This document shows positions 36,231-47,782 of a stretch of 64,000 nucleotides of DNA, in pieces. The notes below the pieces were generated by a model, which had not been told where the DNA came from, ran no database searches, and saw only the letters and a program-made list of their open reading frames with translations. Source of the DNA: Octopus sinensis (Eukaryota). Every line of letters starts with the position of its first letter. The first letter of the stretch is position 1. The position numbers and the translations under genes are program-made. The stretch lies in contig NC_042999.1 in assembly GCF_006345805.1 (NCBI RefSeq), positions 22,630,001 through 22,694,000 of the forward strand, read 5' to 3'.

Positions 36231-37700
36231 GGTCTCTATGTAGTTCGCGCCACTGGTTGACATGTGACACGAGGGTCTCTACGTAGTTCGCGCCACTGGT
36301 TGACATGTGACATGAGGGTCTCTACGTAGTTCGCGCCACTGGTTGACATGTGACACGAGGGTCTCTACGTAGTTCGCGCCACTGGTTGACATGTGACACG
36401 AGGGTCTCTACGTAGTTCGCGCCACTGGTTGACATGTGACACGAGGGTCTCTACGTAGTTCGCGCCACTGGTTGACATGTGACACGAGGGTCTCTACGTA
36501 GTTCGCGCCACTGGTTGACATGTGACACGAGGGTCTCTACGTAGTTCGCGCCACTGGTTGACATGTGACACGAGGGTCTCTACGTAGTTCGCGCCACTGG
36601 TTGACATGTGACACGAGGGTCTCTACGTAGTTCGCGCCACTGGTTGACATGTGACACGAGGGTCTCTACGTAGTTCGCGCCACTGGTTGACATGTGACAC
36701 GAGGGTCTCTACGTAGTTCGCGCCACTGGTTGACATGTGACACGAGGGTCTCTACGTAGTTCGCGCCACTGGTGACATGTGACACGAGGGTCTCTACGTA
36801 GTCCGCGCCACTGGTTGACATGTGACACGAGGGTCTCTACGTAGTCGCGCCACTGGTTGACATGTGACACGTGGGTCTCTACGTAGTTCGCGCCACTGGT
36901 TGACATGTGACACGAGGGTCTCTACGTAGTTCGCGCCACTGGTTGACATGTGACACGAGGGTCTCTACGTAGTTCGCGCCACTGGTTGACATGTGACACG
37001 AGGGTCTCTACGTAGTTCGCGCCACTGGTTGACATGTGACACGAGGGTCTCTACGTAGTTCGCGCCACTGGTTGACATGTAACACGAGGGTCTCTACGTA
37101 GTCCGCGCCACTGGTTGACATGTGACACGAGGGTCTCTACGTAGTTCGCGCCACTGGTTGACATGTGACACGAGGGTCTCTACGTAGTCCGCGCCACTGG
37201 TTGACATGTGACACGAGGGTCTCTACGTAGTTCGCGCCACTGGTTGACATGTGACACGAGGGTCTCTACGTAGTTCGCGCCACTGGTTGACATGTGACAC
37301 GAGGGTCTCTACGTAGTTCGCGCCACTGGTTGACATGTGACACGAGGGTCTCTACGTAGTTCGCGCCACTGGTTGACATGTGACACGAGGGTCTCTACGT
37401 AGTTCGCGCCACTGGTTGACATGTGCCACGAGGGTCTCTACGTAGTCCGCGCCACTGGTTGACATGTTACACGAGGGTCTCTGCGTAGTTCGCGCCACTG
37501 GTTGACATGTGACACGAGGGTCTCTACGTAGTTCGCGCCACTGGTTGACATGTGACACGAGGGTCTCTACGTAGTTCGCGCCACTGGTTGACATGTGACA
37601 CGAGGGTCTCTACGTTGTCCGCGCCACTGGTTGACATGTGACACGAGGGTCTCTACGTAGTCCGCGCCACTGGTTGACACGTGACGCGAATTGTCTCGAC
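36231..37700 (+). repeat. Tandem array of ~34 copies of a 43-bp unit
   Basis: Unit TAGTTCGCGCCACTGGTTGACATGTGACACGAGGGTCTCTACG, period 43 (36241 to 36284), very homogeneous, no spacers. Confidence 0.97.
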
Positions 37701-37725
37701 TTATTTCGCGCCACAGTCTCGAAAC

Positions 37726-37825
37726 AACCAATCACAACCTTTGTTTAAGATTCCATTTCTGAAGTTCGGTGAGTCACTCAAACAGTATATAAAGGAGGGT
37801 TCACAGACACTTTTCGTCTTTAGTT
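37726..37825 (+). promoter_or_regulatory. Pol II core promoter: CCAAT box, AP-1 site, TATA box
   Basis: AACCAATCAC (CCAAT 37728-32), TGAGTCA (37770-76), TATATAAA (37786-93), in canonical order and spacing. Confidence 0.65.
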
Positions 37826-37875
37826 CTAGTTCTTCTAAGAACTAACTTAGGCCACCTGCAGCTCAACTTAGAGAT

Positions 37876-38037
37876 ATGCGATTGTCTCTGCTACTACCTG
37901 TTGCTACGCTAATGTATACAATCACTGAAGGCTTGCTATATTCGCCGTTCGCCTCTACCATCATGTATCGACCTCGAGTAGATTCCTACACCTTCGCCAT
38001 AGGAACTGTGAACCAAATTCCATTGTTAATTCTATAG
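37876..38037 (+). CDS. Candidate 53-aa micropeptide with signal-peptide-like N-terminus
   Basis: MRLSLLLPVATLMYTITEGLLYSPFASTIMYRPRVDSYTFAIGTVNQIPLLIL*; first ATG after the TATA box; AATAAA at 38129-34. No homology recognised. Confidence 0.3.
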   Translation: MRLSLLLPVATLMYTITEGLLYSPFASTIMYRPRVDSYTFAIGTVNQIPLLIL

Positions 38038-38323
38038 TCAGTACCTTTTATGCCTCACGAACACACAGACACAATAACATGCTAACGCTTACGAACTCCT
38101 AACATTGACGCGATCGTAAAATATGTAAAATAAATAATATTTATCTCCCAACAGAAGATTCGTTGTCAATTCACTTATGTTCTATTGTTATTGTATGTAT
38201 TTATGGCTTGTAATAATTCGTTAAGAGTAGAACCATGTGCGATCGTATTTCCTATACGATACGACCACATGTGATCCTATTTCTTATACTGATAAAGAGA
38301 AAAGTTAAGTTAAATTAAGTTAA

Positions 38324-38545
38324 TTTTTTGGCTCAAAAAGCAAAAAGCAAGGCCATGTAGGGGGACATGGAGTTATGTACAGGGTGGTGTTCATGCAAAG
38401 AGTTCAGGCCATTTGTGGTCAAGGGAGACTTTGAACCGAGCGGTCGTCGGCATCTTCACTATCTCGTCCGGCAGCTTATTCCACGGATCCGCAATCCGGA
38501 CGGAAAAAAGCCCCTCTCCTTCGATTGAGATGAGATTGTCAATTC
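38324..38545 (-). mobile_element. Short 3' end of the same CR1 as 30963-31848
   Basis: Near-identical to 30985-31190. Confidence 0.9.
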
Positions 38546-39084
38546 AAGATAAAACACCAGCGTTTAGAAGCGGGTTCCAGTACTGCAACTTCTGTTTCAC
38601 AGATAAATTTCATATCCGCTACCTACTTCAAACTCGAACAAAAAAGAAGGATAAGCTTATTTCGACCTGACGACATATACACTAATCCCTTCTCGTGACC
38701 TTTAAAACAGATCCCTGACATATGTTGTAAAGCTATTGAAGTCAGAGATGACAGAATTATGTGAAAGTATTGATTGCTATTTAACAGTTGAAATATTATC
38801 AATCATTCCTTTTCAACACGTGGAGCTGTGCAGTCCAGCAAAACGTCGATTGACAGACACACTGATTCAAATTCATAACGCTTCTCACACTTTTTCTCAG
38901 TCTCTACCTCTCTTTCTCTCTGTGTCTCTGTCTCTCTTTCCTCTTCTGTCTCTCTCTCTCTCACACACACACTCACTCTCTATCTCTATCTCTGTTCTTG
39001 TCTTCTATCTCTCACATATAATTATATACATATATGCATGCACACACACTTGCTCATTCTACATACACATATACATACATAAAT

Positions 39085-39480
39085 GCGGCGAGCTGGCAGA
39101 ATCGTTAGCACGCCGGGCGAAATGCTTAGCAGTATTTTGTCTGCCGTTACGTTCTGAGTTCAAATTCCGCCGAGGTCGACTTTGCCTTTCATCCTTTCGG
39201 GGTCGATAAATTAAGTACCAGTTACGCACTGGGGTCGATATAATCGACTTAATCCATTTGTCTGTCCTTGTTTGTCCTCTCTGTGTTTAGCCCCTTGTGG
39301 GTAGTAAAGAAATAGGTATTTCATCTGCCGCTACGTTCTGAGTTCAAATTCTGCCGAGGTCGCGGGGTCGATTAAATAAGTACCAGTTACGCACTGAGGT
39401 CGATATAATTGACTTTATCCGTTTGTCTGTCTTTGTTTGTAACTCTGTGTGTAGCCCCTTATGGGCAGTAAAGAAATAAG
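39085..39480 (+). mobile_element. SINE family B (head plus second unit)
   Basis: GCGGCGAGCTGGCAGAATCGTTAGCACGCCGGGCGAAATGC head, B box GAGTTCAAATTCC. Confidence 0.9.
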
Positions 39481-39964
39481 AAACATACACATGTACATAC
39501 ATACACACACATATTTACACACACATACGTACACAAATTCATACATGCATATATTTATGGTTATACACACACAACACACAGAGAAAAACAAACACACACG
39601 CACAAACATCCTCACAAACACTCACACAATCACAGACACACAAACGTTTGTGAACTCGTTGATACATCAATAATCGCACAAACAGCAGTCGCAAAGTTGA
39701 AAGCTATTTCCATATCATATTCTTTCAAGATCCAAGTAAATTGGAAACAGTATTAAGCGATAGGATATCGTAACAAATGTTGTTTCTCTAACGAAATAAG
39801 TCAAAGCTGCCCTCCAGCCAAGAAGGCAATCACATCATCTGTTGCACGATGGAAGTATTATTCTGAGAAAGTTCTCCGCGTTTGGTAGAGATCAATCGGT
39901 TGGCTTGGCTAGAAATCCCAGGCTTGTTTGCTATGTGATAACACAAACACAGTACACCTGTTTA

Positions 39965-40352
39965 TTACCTGTTTCTTTACTACCCACAAGGGGCTAAACA
40001 CAGAGGGGACAAACAAGGACAGACAAATTATATCGACTCCAGTGCATAACTGGTACTTATTTAATCGACCCCGCGACCTTGGCGGAATTTGAACTCAGAA
40101 AGTAAAGACAGACGAAATACCTATTTCTTTACTACCCACAAGGGGCTAAACACAGAGAGGACAAACAAGGATAGACAAACGGATTAAGTCGATTATATCG
40201 ACCCCAGTGCGTAACTGGTACTTAATTTATCGACCCCGAAAGGATGAAAGGCAAAGTCGACATCGGCGGAATTTGAACTCCGAACGTAACGGCAGACGAA
40301 ATACTGCTAAGCATTTCGCCCGGCGTGCTAACGTTTCTGCCAGCTCGCCGCC
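39965..40352 (-). mobile_element. SINE family B dimer
   Basis: Reverse complement of the 39085 type. Confidence 0.9.
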
Positions 40353-40434
40353 TTAACACTTGTTTAATACCAATGCCCCTTTCGTGTGTGTGTATGTGCT
40401 TGTGTTTTTGTGAATCTGTACGTAATGGGCTGTG

Positions 40435-40760
40435 AAGGCGTATAGCTTTATGATTAGGGTATTCGGCTCGCGATTGTAAAGTCGCGAGTTCGATTCCTGA
40501 CAGCGCGTTTGAGAACTTGAGCAAGACATTATATTTCACGTTGTTCCTGTCCACTCATCTGGCAAAATTGATTTGTACCAGTAATTGAAAGGGCCAGTTT
40601 TGTTACATCCTGTGTCACGCTGAATCTCCCTGAGAGCTACGTTCAGAGTAAGCGTGTCTGTGGAGTGCTGGGCCACTTGCACGTTAATTTCCTGTGCAGG
40701 CTGTTCCGTTGATTGGATCAACCGGGAGACTCTTCGTCGTAACCGACGGAGCGCCAGTGG
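40435..40760 (+). mobile_element. tRNA-headed SINE family C
   Basis: B box GAGTTCGATTCC; tail CTGTGTCACGCTGAAT...CGTCGTAACCGACGGAG. Confidence 0.8.
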
Positions 40761-41057
40761 TTTTTGTGCATCTGTATGCATTGAGCTGCGAAGGCTCGAG
40801 GCTTAGGGATTAGGATATTCGGCTCATGGTCGTAAGGTCAAGAGTTCAATTAATGGTGGTGCGATGTGCCTTTGGGGGAGACACTTTTTTTCGTTGCTCC
40901 ACTCCACTCTCTCCATATATATATCGAGAGAGAGATAGAAAGAGAGAGAGAGGGGGGAGAGGGAGAGAGAAACAGACAGACAGATCAATTAAATATCAAA
41001 AGCTTTTTGCAGTTCAACGCTCGAGTATTATTGACCAGGTTGTAATTGTATGGCGAA

Positions 41058-41438
41058 CTAGCAGTATCGCCCGGCGTTGCTCGAGTTTGTAAGGGAAATA
41101 ACTATAAAGCATTTTTAGAGAGTTATAGCCAAAAAACAGCAAAAAAATGGAAAAAAAATGATGGTAAATTTTTTTGAGTTAAAAAGGTCGAGTTGCGTCC
41201 CCTAGACAGTCTGTGGTTTGTGTTTCTGATTCTCGACCCCATGTCGAATTTATCGATTCTTTTCAGAACTGGGGGAACTTTTCAAAATTTTCGCTGCGTT
41301 AGTTTTGAATTATGACATTGGGCTATGTGTGTGTCAAGTTTCATCAGACTCGGTTGAAAGCCGTGGTCAGGGTGAGGGTACAACCTAACAGACACACAGA
41401 CACGCAGACAGACAAACTGCCGTTTATATATAGAGAGA
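41058..41438 (-). mobile_element. Non-autonomous Helitron
   Basis: On minus: 5' TC, 3' GCAACGCCGGGCGATACTGCTAG, inserted between A and T. Confidence 0.8.
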
Positions 41439-41889
41439 TGATGTTAGTACTTAATGAAACGATACTTTTAAAACCGATTAAAAAACAGCAACAACAAAAA
41501 CGTAAGTGACTAAAGTATCTTTCGATAGGTTACGCCTGGCAAATACCTCAATATGTAAGCGAAGAATGGCTGAATGGTCAAGAAGTACGCTTCGCAGCCA
41601 CGACGTCTTAGTTTCGATTCCGATGCGTGACATCACGAATAAATAACAGGCGCAGGCGTGACTTTGAGGTCACAAGCTTGCTTCGCAACCACATGGTTTA
41701 GAGTTCAGTTCCACTGCGTGGTACCTTATCCAAGTGTCTTTTACTATAGCCTCAGTCCGACCAAAGCCTTGAGAGTGGAACTGGTAGGTGGAATCTAAAA
41801 GAAGTTCGCTGCCATGATAGATCGTTAGCCACTACACACATTTTTTTTTTCTCCCCTTGTTTCTCTCCTTGTTTTTTTTTTCTGTGTCC

Positions 41890-41925
41890 CTTTCTGTAGA
41901 AGAGCGTAGGCTCGAAACGTAAAAG
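41890..41925 (+). ncRNA. Minimal hammerhead variant (A6U core)
   Basis: CUUU CUGUAGA A GAGC-GUAG-GCUC GAAA CG UA|AAAG. Confidence 0.55.
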
Positions 41926-42474
41926 GCTTTTTATATTCCTGAGCGTTATACTAATACATCTATTTGTTTTGTACACCATCTGTTTTCAGTGTGTGTGTGT
42001 GTGTGTTTGTTTGTTCTCTATCTCCGTTTGGCAACCGGTGCTGGTGTGTTTCCAAAAGAGTCTGATTAAGTAAGTACCAGGCTTAAAAAAGAATAAAAAT
42101 AAGTGCTGGTGTCGTTACGTTGGACAAAAATTCTTCAAGGCGGTGCCCCAGCATGGCCGCAGTCTAATGACTGAAATAAGTATTATAAAATAAAAAAAAG
42201 ATAAATCTCATGTCAATTTATTTTAGAATTGGGCATACGGAATCTATAGAGAAGGCCATCATGTGGATTGTATCTGTAATTCAAAAAGTACAACTCTGTC
42301 ATACGCTTCGTCACGCTGATTCTGCCTGTAAGTTACATTAAGAGTACTTGTGCGTGTGGAATGTTCAGTTACTTAAATCTCAACTCAGGAGCAGATAATT
42401 TAGCAGATCAAACAACTGAATCATCCTCGTCTAATGCTGGATATCCACCATCGATATTTCGATATATTTGTTTC

Positions 42475-42860
42475 AGGAGACGCAATGGCCCAGTGGTTAA
42501 TGCAGCGGACTCGCGGTCGTAGGGCCGCGGTTTCGATTCCCAGACCGGGCGTTGTGAATGTTTATTGAGCGACAACACCTAAAAAAGCTCCACGAGGCTC
42601 CGGCAGGGGATGGTGGTGATCCCTGCTGTACTCTTTCACCACAACTTTCTCTCACTCTTACTTCCTGTTTCTGTTGTACCTGTATTTCAAAGGGCTGGCC
42701 TTGTCACTCTCTGTGTCACGCTGAATATCCCCGAGAACTACGTTAAGGGTACACGTGTCTGTGGAGTGCTCAGCCACTTACACGTTAATTTCACGAGCAG
42801 GCTGTTCCGTTGATTCGGATCAACCGGAACCCTCGTCGTCGTAACCGACGCAATGCTTCC
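42475..42860 (+). mobile_element. tRNA-headed SINE family C
   Basis: TGGCCCAGTGG (A box), GGTTTCGATTCCC (B box), same tail as 40435. Confidence 0.85.
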
Positions 42861-43347
42861 ATATTTGTTTCAGTTTGCAATGTAGGATCACTGACAAAAA
42901 CAAAGCGTTTTTTTAAAATAAATATAACAAAGACATTATTTTGAACTATCGATTAAAATATCGAACTATCGATATTTAGAAATATCGCCAGACTGGAGAT
43001 CTGGAATACTGTCTGAAACAGAAGGATCGAACTCGCCACCAGGCGATCAGTAGGAAGTCGAATTTACAAAGAAGAGACGACAATTGATTCAACCAAGTCA
43101 AACGAACTGTGTTTTGTAACAGAGATGGAGAATGAAACTGATAAAGCTTTTGAGATGAATCAATGATATGAAAATATCTCTGTTCCGGTTGAACCGACGA
43201 ATTAATGCTTTTGAATGGCAAAGACGTTGCAGATATACGTAGGTTTTATTTGTAGAGTCAATTCGTGTAAGCGACACACTTGTTTCGGGTTTTTACTCCT
43301 CCTCAGTGAAGTACATTCTACTCGATTAGTAAAACTTATAGATGATC

Positions 43348-43411
<64 letters not shown>

Positions 43412-43551
43412 CGTACGTACGCACACGCACACACACACACACATCTATGTATATATTTCATTATTCAGTTTATTTCAAGATTTCTTGCCAATGTATGTCC
43501 GTTAAATCCCAAAGTTTTTTTTATTCTCTCTCTGTTTATTTCCCCGTGATC

Positions 43552-43587
43552 CTTTCCGTTGAAGAGCGTAGGCTCGAAACGTAAAAG
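43552..43587 (+). ncRNA. Minimal hammerhead variant, second copy
   Basis: CUUU CCGUUGA A GAGC-GUAG-GCUC GAAA CG UA|AAAG. Confidence 0.5.
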
Positions 43588-44109
43588 ACTTTCTCACCTA
43601 CCCGGGAATCAAACTAATACACCTGCATGTTGTTTATATACCTGTCTTCGTCTTTTGTTTTTCTATAAATTTCGACTATATATATATATATATATTATAT
43701 ATATATATGCATATCATTATTTAAATACATTCTGTTTGAATATTATACACTGAATTCATAATGAGTTCTCTTTGTATAAAATGTCAAAAATATTAATACT
43801 ATAAAGTATTTAGACATTAATACGAGCGATTATATATATACTGTATTTTGAAATAATAGAATGAAATTTGATATAAAAAAAAATCCTCACGAAGATATAT
43901 ATGTCTGAAATAGTATTGCATTAAAAATATATGTAGACATATGAAACATAACAGTTTAAAAAATTGTTAATTAATACATCTTACAATCATTTCACGAAAG
44001 TAATGTCATTATAATGGAATCCATTGTTGATACACACACACACACATACACACACGCACATATAAATATTGCATTATTATTATTATTAATACTACTATTA
44101 TTATTATTA

Positions 44110-44184
<75 letters not shown>

Positions 44185-44191
44185 TATTATT

Positions 44192-44745
44192 GAGTGAGAG
44201 AGCAGTGCATGCCATCAAAGTGACACTGGGGTAAAATATACGAGGCCCAATATACCCATCATGACTACCCGTCTGATAAGGGTACACCAGGCACATGCAT
44301 CACAACCATATGTGCGCGACATGGTGATCTCATATCAAGATAAACAGCACATGACCTTGCAGATGGGGCCCAGTTAGAATTTTCTTCAGGTTGAGTAGCC
44401 CATCCCGAACAAAAGGTCCCTGAATAAGGGTTGTTTAAGGATGTTGAAAGAACCACCCATGTTTCCAGAGGTGAATTATTCAAACCCCAAAGAATCCCTC
44501 TCAACACATGGCTATGATGCTCCCCTACTACTTCTGCTCGTGATCAGAGATGCACATATCGTCAGCCACTAAGGGACATGCTCAACTGGTTAAGGTCAAA
44601 CAACTGACAAGCAAATCTGTGGTATTGAGCAGAATATTTGCTGTAGCCCATCTTTTATACCAAGACAAAACAATGTATTTGATAAGACTTCCAATCAGTT
44701 AAGATCAGAAGCCATGAGAGCCACTGTCTGGTACTGCATCAGGGC
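44192..44745 (-). repeat. ~554-bp interspersed repeat (family D) flanked on both sides by (TTA)n
   Basis: High identity to 60553-61106, 62142-62608 and 26347-26581. Strand is assigned by analogy to (TAA)n-tailed elements. Confidence 0.9.
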
Positions 44746-44746
44746 A

Positions 44747-44811
<65 letters not shown>

Positions 44812-44815
<4 letters not shown>

Positions 44816-44998
44816 TCATTTGACTGTGACAATGCTGGAGCACCGCCTTCAGTGGAGCGAATCGACCCAAGGACTCATTCTCTGTAAGCCTAATACTTAT
44901 TCCATCGGGATCTTTTACCGAACTGCTAAGTTACGGGGACATAAACACACCAGCATCGGTTGTCAAGCGATGTTGGGGGGACAAACACAGACACAGAA

Positions 44999-45047
<49 letters not shown>

Positions 45048-45182
45048 CGACGGGCTTCTTTCAGTTTCCATTTACCAAATCCATTCACAAGGCTTTGGTC
45101 GTTTCGAGGCTATAGTAGAAGATACTTGCCCAAGGTTCCACTGGGACTCAACTCGGAACCATGTGGTTGGTAAGCAAGCTAA
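44812..45182 (-). mobile_element. SINE family A
   Basis: Head, linker and tail motifs on minus. Confidence 0.85.
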
Positions 45183-46307
45183 CAAAAATTCAACATATAA
45201 AAATTTCTCAACCGTGGGCCAGTCCACCTAAATATAATTTTGGAGAAATCCCACACGAAAAGCCCGAATGTCTCTGCCATTTCCTAGGCTTCATAAGTGC
45301 CTTCTCCCCGTTTCTTTCCTTACTACATCGGGTAAACTTATTCAAACTCAACATTCTTGCCACTCTCATCCACTCTTTCGCTAAACACGAAATAAACATT
45401 TATGAATAAGAAATTGATTTATGTTTACGTAAAAACAAAAACAATAATAATAACAATAATAATAATAATAATACAATGGTAACTCAAGCGAGAAGAATCG
45501 ATTATATACTTTCCTAACAAATTTATAACCTCGTGACGATCGGAGTCGAGTAGCGAGCGGATCGATCTTAACCAACTGTATCGTCGTCTCACCTTCACAT
45601 TCTGTTGAGACCGTATGTCTATGTGAGAAATGAGTATTCAAAATACTTTCGTATCTTATTTATAAGTTAATTTTTGTTTTTTTTCTTCTTTATTTTCTCG
45701 TTATTGCTGTTGTATTTTTTTTGTTTTGGTTGTGTTTGTTACGGTTGCTGCTTTGGCTGTTGTTTCCAAAGCTATTTTCAGTCCGTTCATTAACGTATTC
45801 AGATACACCAGAATACAATTCTTCCAAATGCTTAATCTTCAGCTTCAGCTTCATGATTCCGTATTTTCTCTTGATCTATTCGTTTCCAAATTTTTTGTGC
45901 TCTGCCGAAGAATTGAATATTATGTTTGTTACGCTTCGCTTGGTTTAGAGCTAAAAGCTAAACAGAGATCAGCGTTGCGTTTTTGATAAAGTTATTCATT
46001 CAAATCTTCTTCTATCTCTTGTTCACCAGTGTGTTTAAAAATGCAATTTCCTTATTTTCCATTTCCATTGGGAACTAGATAACTGGATAAAGTTAGATAT
46101 ATCTTAGAGAGATTTTCATCTTTTTCTCAGGTTTTGAATGAGAATATCATATTCATACAAATATCAACAACAACAGTTGCAAATATATTGATTTTGAATC
46201 TTACGAGGGTGCAGACTTCAAGACAGTATTTAACCAGGTCGATAGGGTATCGGATTTACGATTTGAAGGGTCGAAGATCATATCTCAATATCACGCTGTA
46301 TCTTAAA

Positions 46308-46690
46308 GCGGCGAATTGGCAGAATCGTTAGCACGAAGGGCGGAATACTTAGCGGTATTTCGTCCGGCTTTACGTGCCGAGTTCCAATTCCATCAAGGTC
46401 GACTTTGTCTTCCATCCTTTCGGGGTCGATAAATTAAGTACCAGCTGCATACTGAGGTCGATCTAATCGATTGGCACCCTCCCCCAAAATTTCGGGCCTT
46501 GTGCCTAGAGTAGAAACGAAGGATAACATGCTTTGCGGCATTTCGTCCGGCTTTACGTTCCGAGCTCCAATTCTGCCAAGGTCGACTTTGCCTTCCATAC
46601 TTTCGGGGTCGATAAAGTAAGTACCAGTTGAGTACTGGGAATGATGTAATGACTAGCTCTTTTCCTCGCGCTTATTGGCCTTGAGCCAAA
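46308..46690 (+). mobile_element. Two SINE family B-related copies
   Basis: GCGGCGAATTGGCAGAATCGTTAGCAC head; CCTTTCGGGGTCGATAAA core twice. Confidence 0.8.
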
Positions 46691-46701
46691 ATTTGAAATC
46701 A

Positions 46702-46750
<49 letters not shown>

Positions 46751-46879
46751 ACACACACACACACACACATACACACACTCACAAACAAACGCACACAGTC
46801 ATGTATATATAAATGCACATACACACACTCTCTCTCTCACACATATTCATGTATATGATTTAAATCCCTCAAGAATATA

Positions 46880-47291
46880 TATTTGGGTAGAAGAGTATGA
46901 TAAAATTAGTCATCAACAGTATTTCATCGAGCCCCACTAAAATGAAAGAAACGATGATCCTGGAGTACAAAGAATCTTAATCAATTGTCACAATCCATCG
47001 CTTTTAGCATTTCCAAAATGCCATCAAAGAAGTCTGGACTATGGAGACAACACCTGATTTGTGCAAAAAAGTTATGCTTATCAATGTCCAACAGAATTGA
47101 AGCCGTGATTCGCAACAAAGGACTACACACGAAATACTGATTCTGTAAGTTTTATGTTCATTTCTTACAATATTAAATCGTAATTTTGGAAAATGCCAAT
47201 TTCTTACTGATTAAAAAGTATCTTCGTCGTAAATATTCGATCTCTTAGAAAGTTAAAACATGTAGTGAGTCATCCATTCTGGCCATGACTG
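46880..47291 (+). mobile_element. Tc1-family transposon 3' relic
   Basis: FQNAIKEVW...SMSNRIEAVIRNKGLHTKY* (stop 47138-40), the Tc1 transposase C-terminus; right TIR ...TGGCCATGACTG. Confidence 0.7.
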
Positions 47292-47299
47292 TGTGTGAG

Positions 47300-47357
<58 letters not shown>

Positions 47358-47655
47358 AATACAATTTCATCTATTTATTACTTTAGTCTACTGGAAGAAT
47401 AAAGGTAGAACGATGTATTTTTACCTCTCGGCTGAAACAGCTGTAAGTTATTTTCCCAATTTATATTCTTGTATGTTATATTTCAATAATTACTGGTATC
47501 TTTATATATTAATATATTTTTTATGTAAAGCATAATATGTTATACATGCATGTATATTCTTTCAATTCTCATTTTAGTAAATAAATAAATAAGTTGACAT
47601 AATATAATGTCCAAAAGTTGATGAACCACCTATTGATCCTTCCATTTTCTTATTC

Positions 47656-47782
<127 letters not shown>

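Noticed and set aside
36231-37700. CRISPR array
   Set aside because: Units are contiguous identical 43-mers with no unique spacers; eukaryotic context, no cas genes.
42475-42555. tRNA gene
   Set aside because: Acceptor stem is incomplete and the sequence continues into the SINE C body.
42975-43200. Host coding exon
   Set aside because: All plus frames contain stops within ~50 codons; no recognisable motif or paired splice sites.
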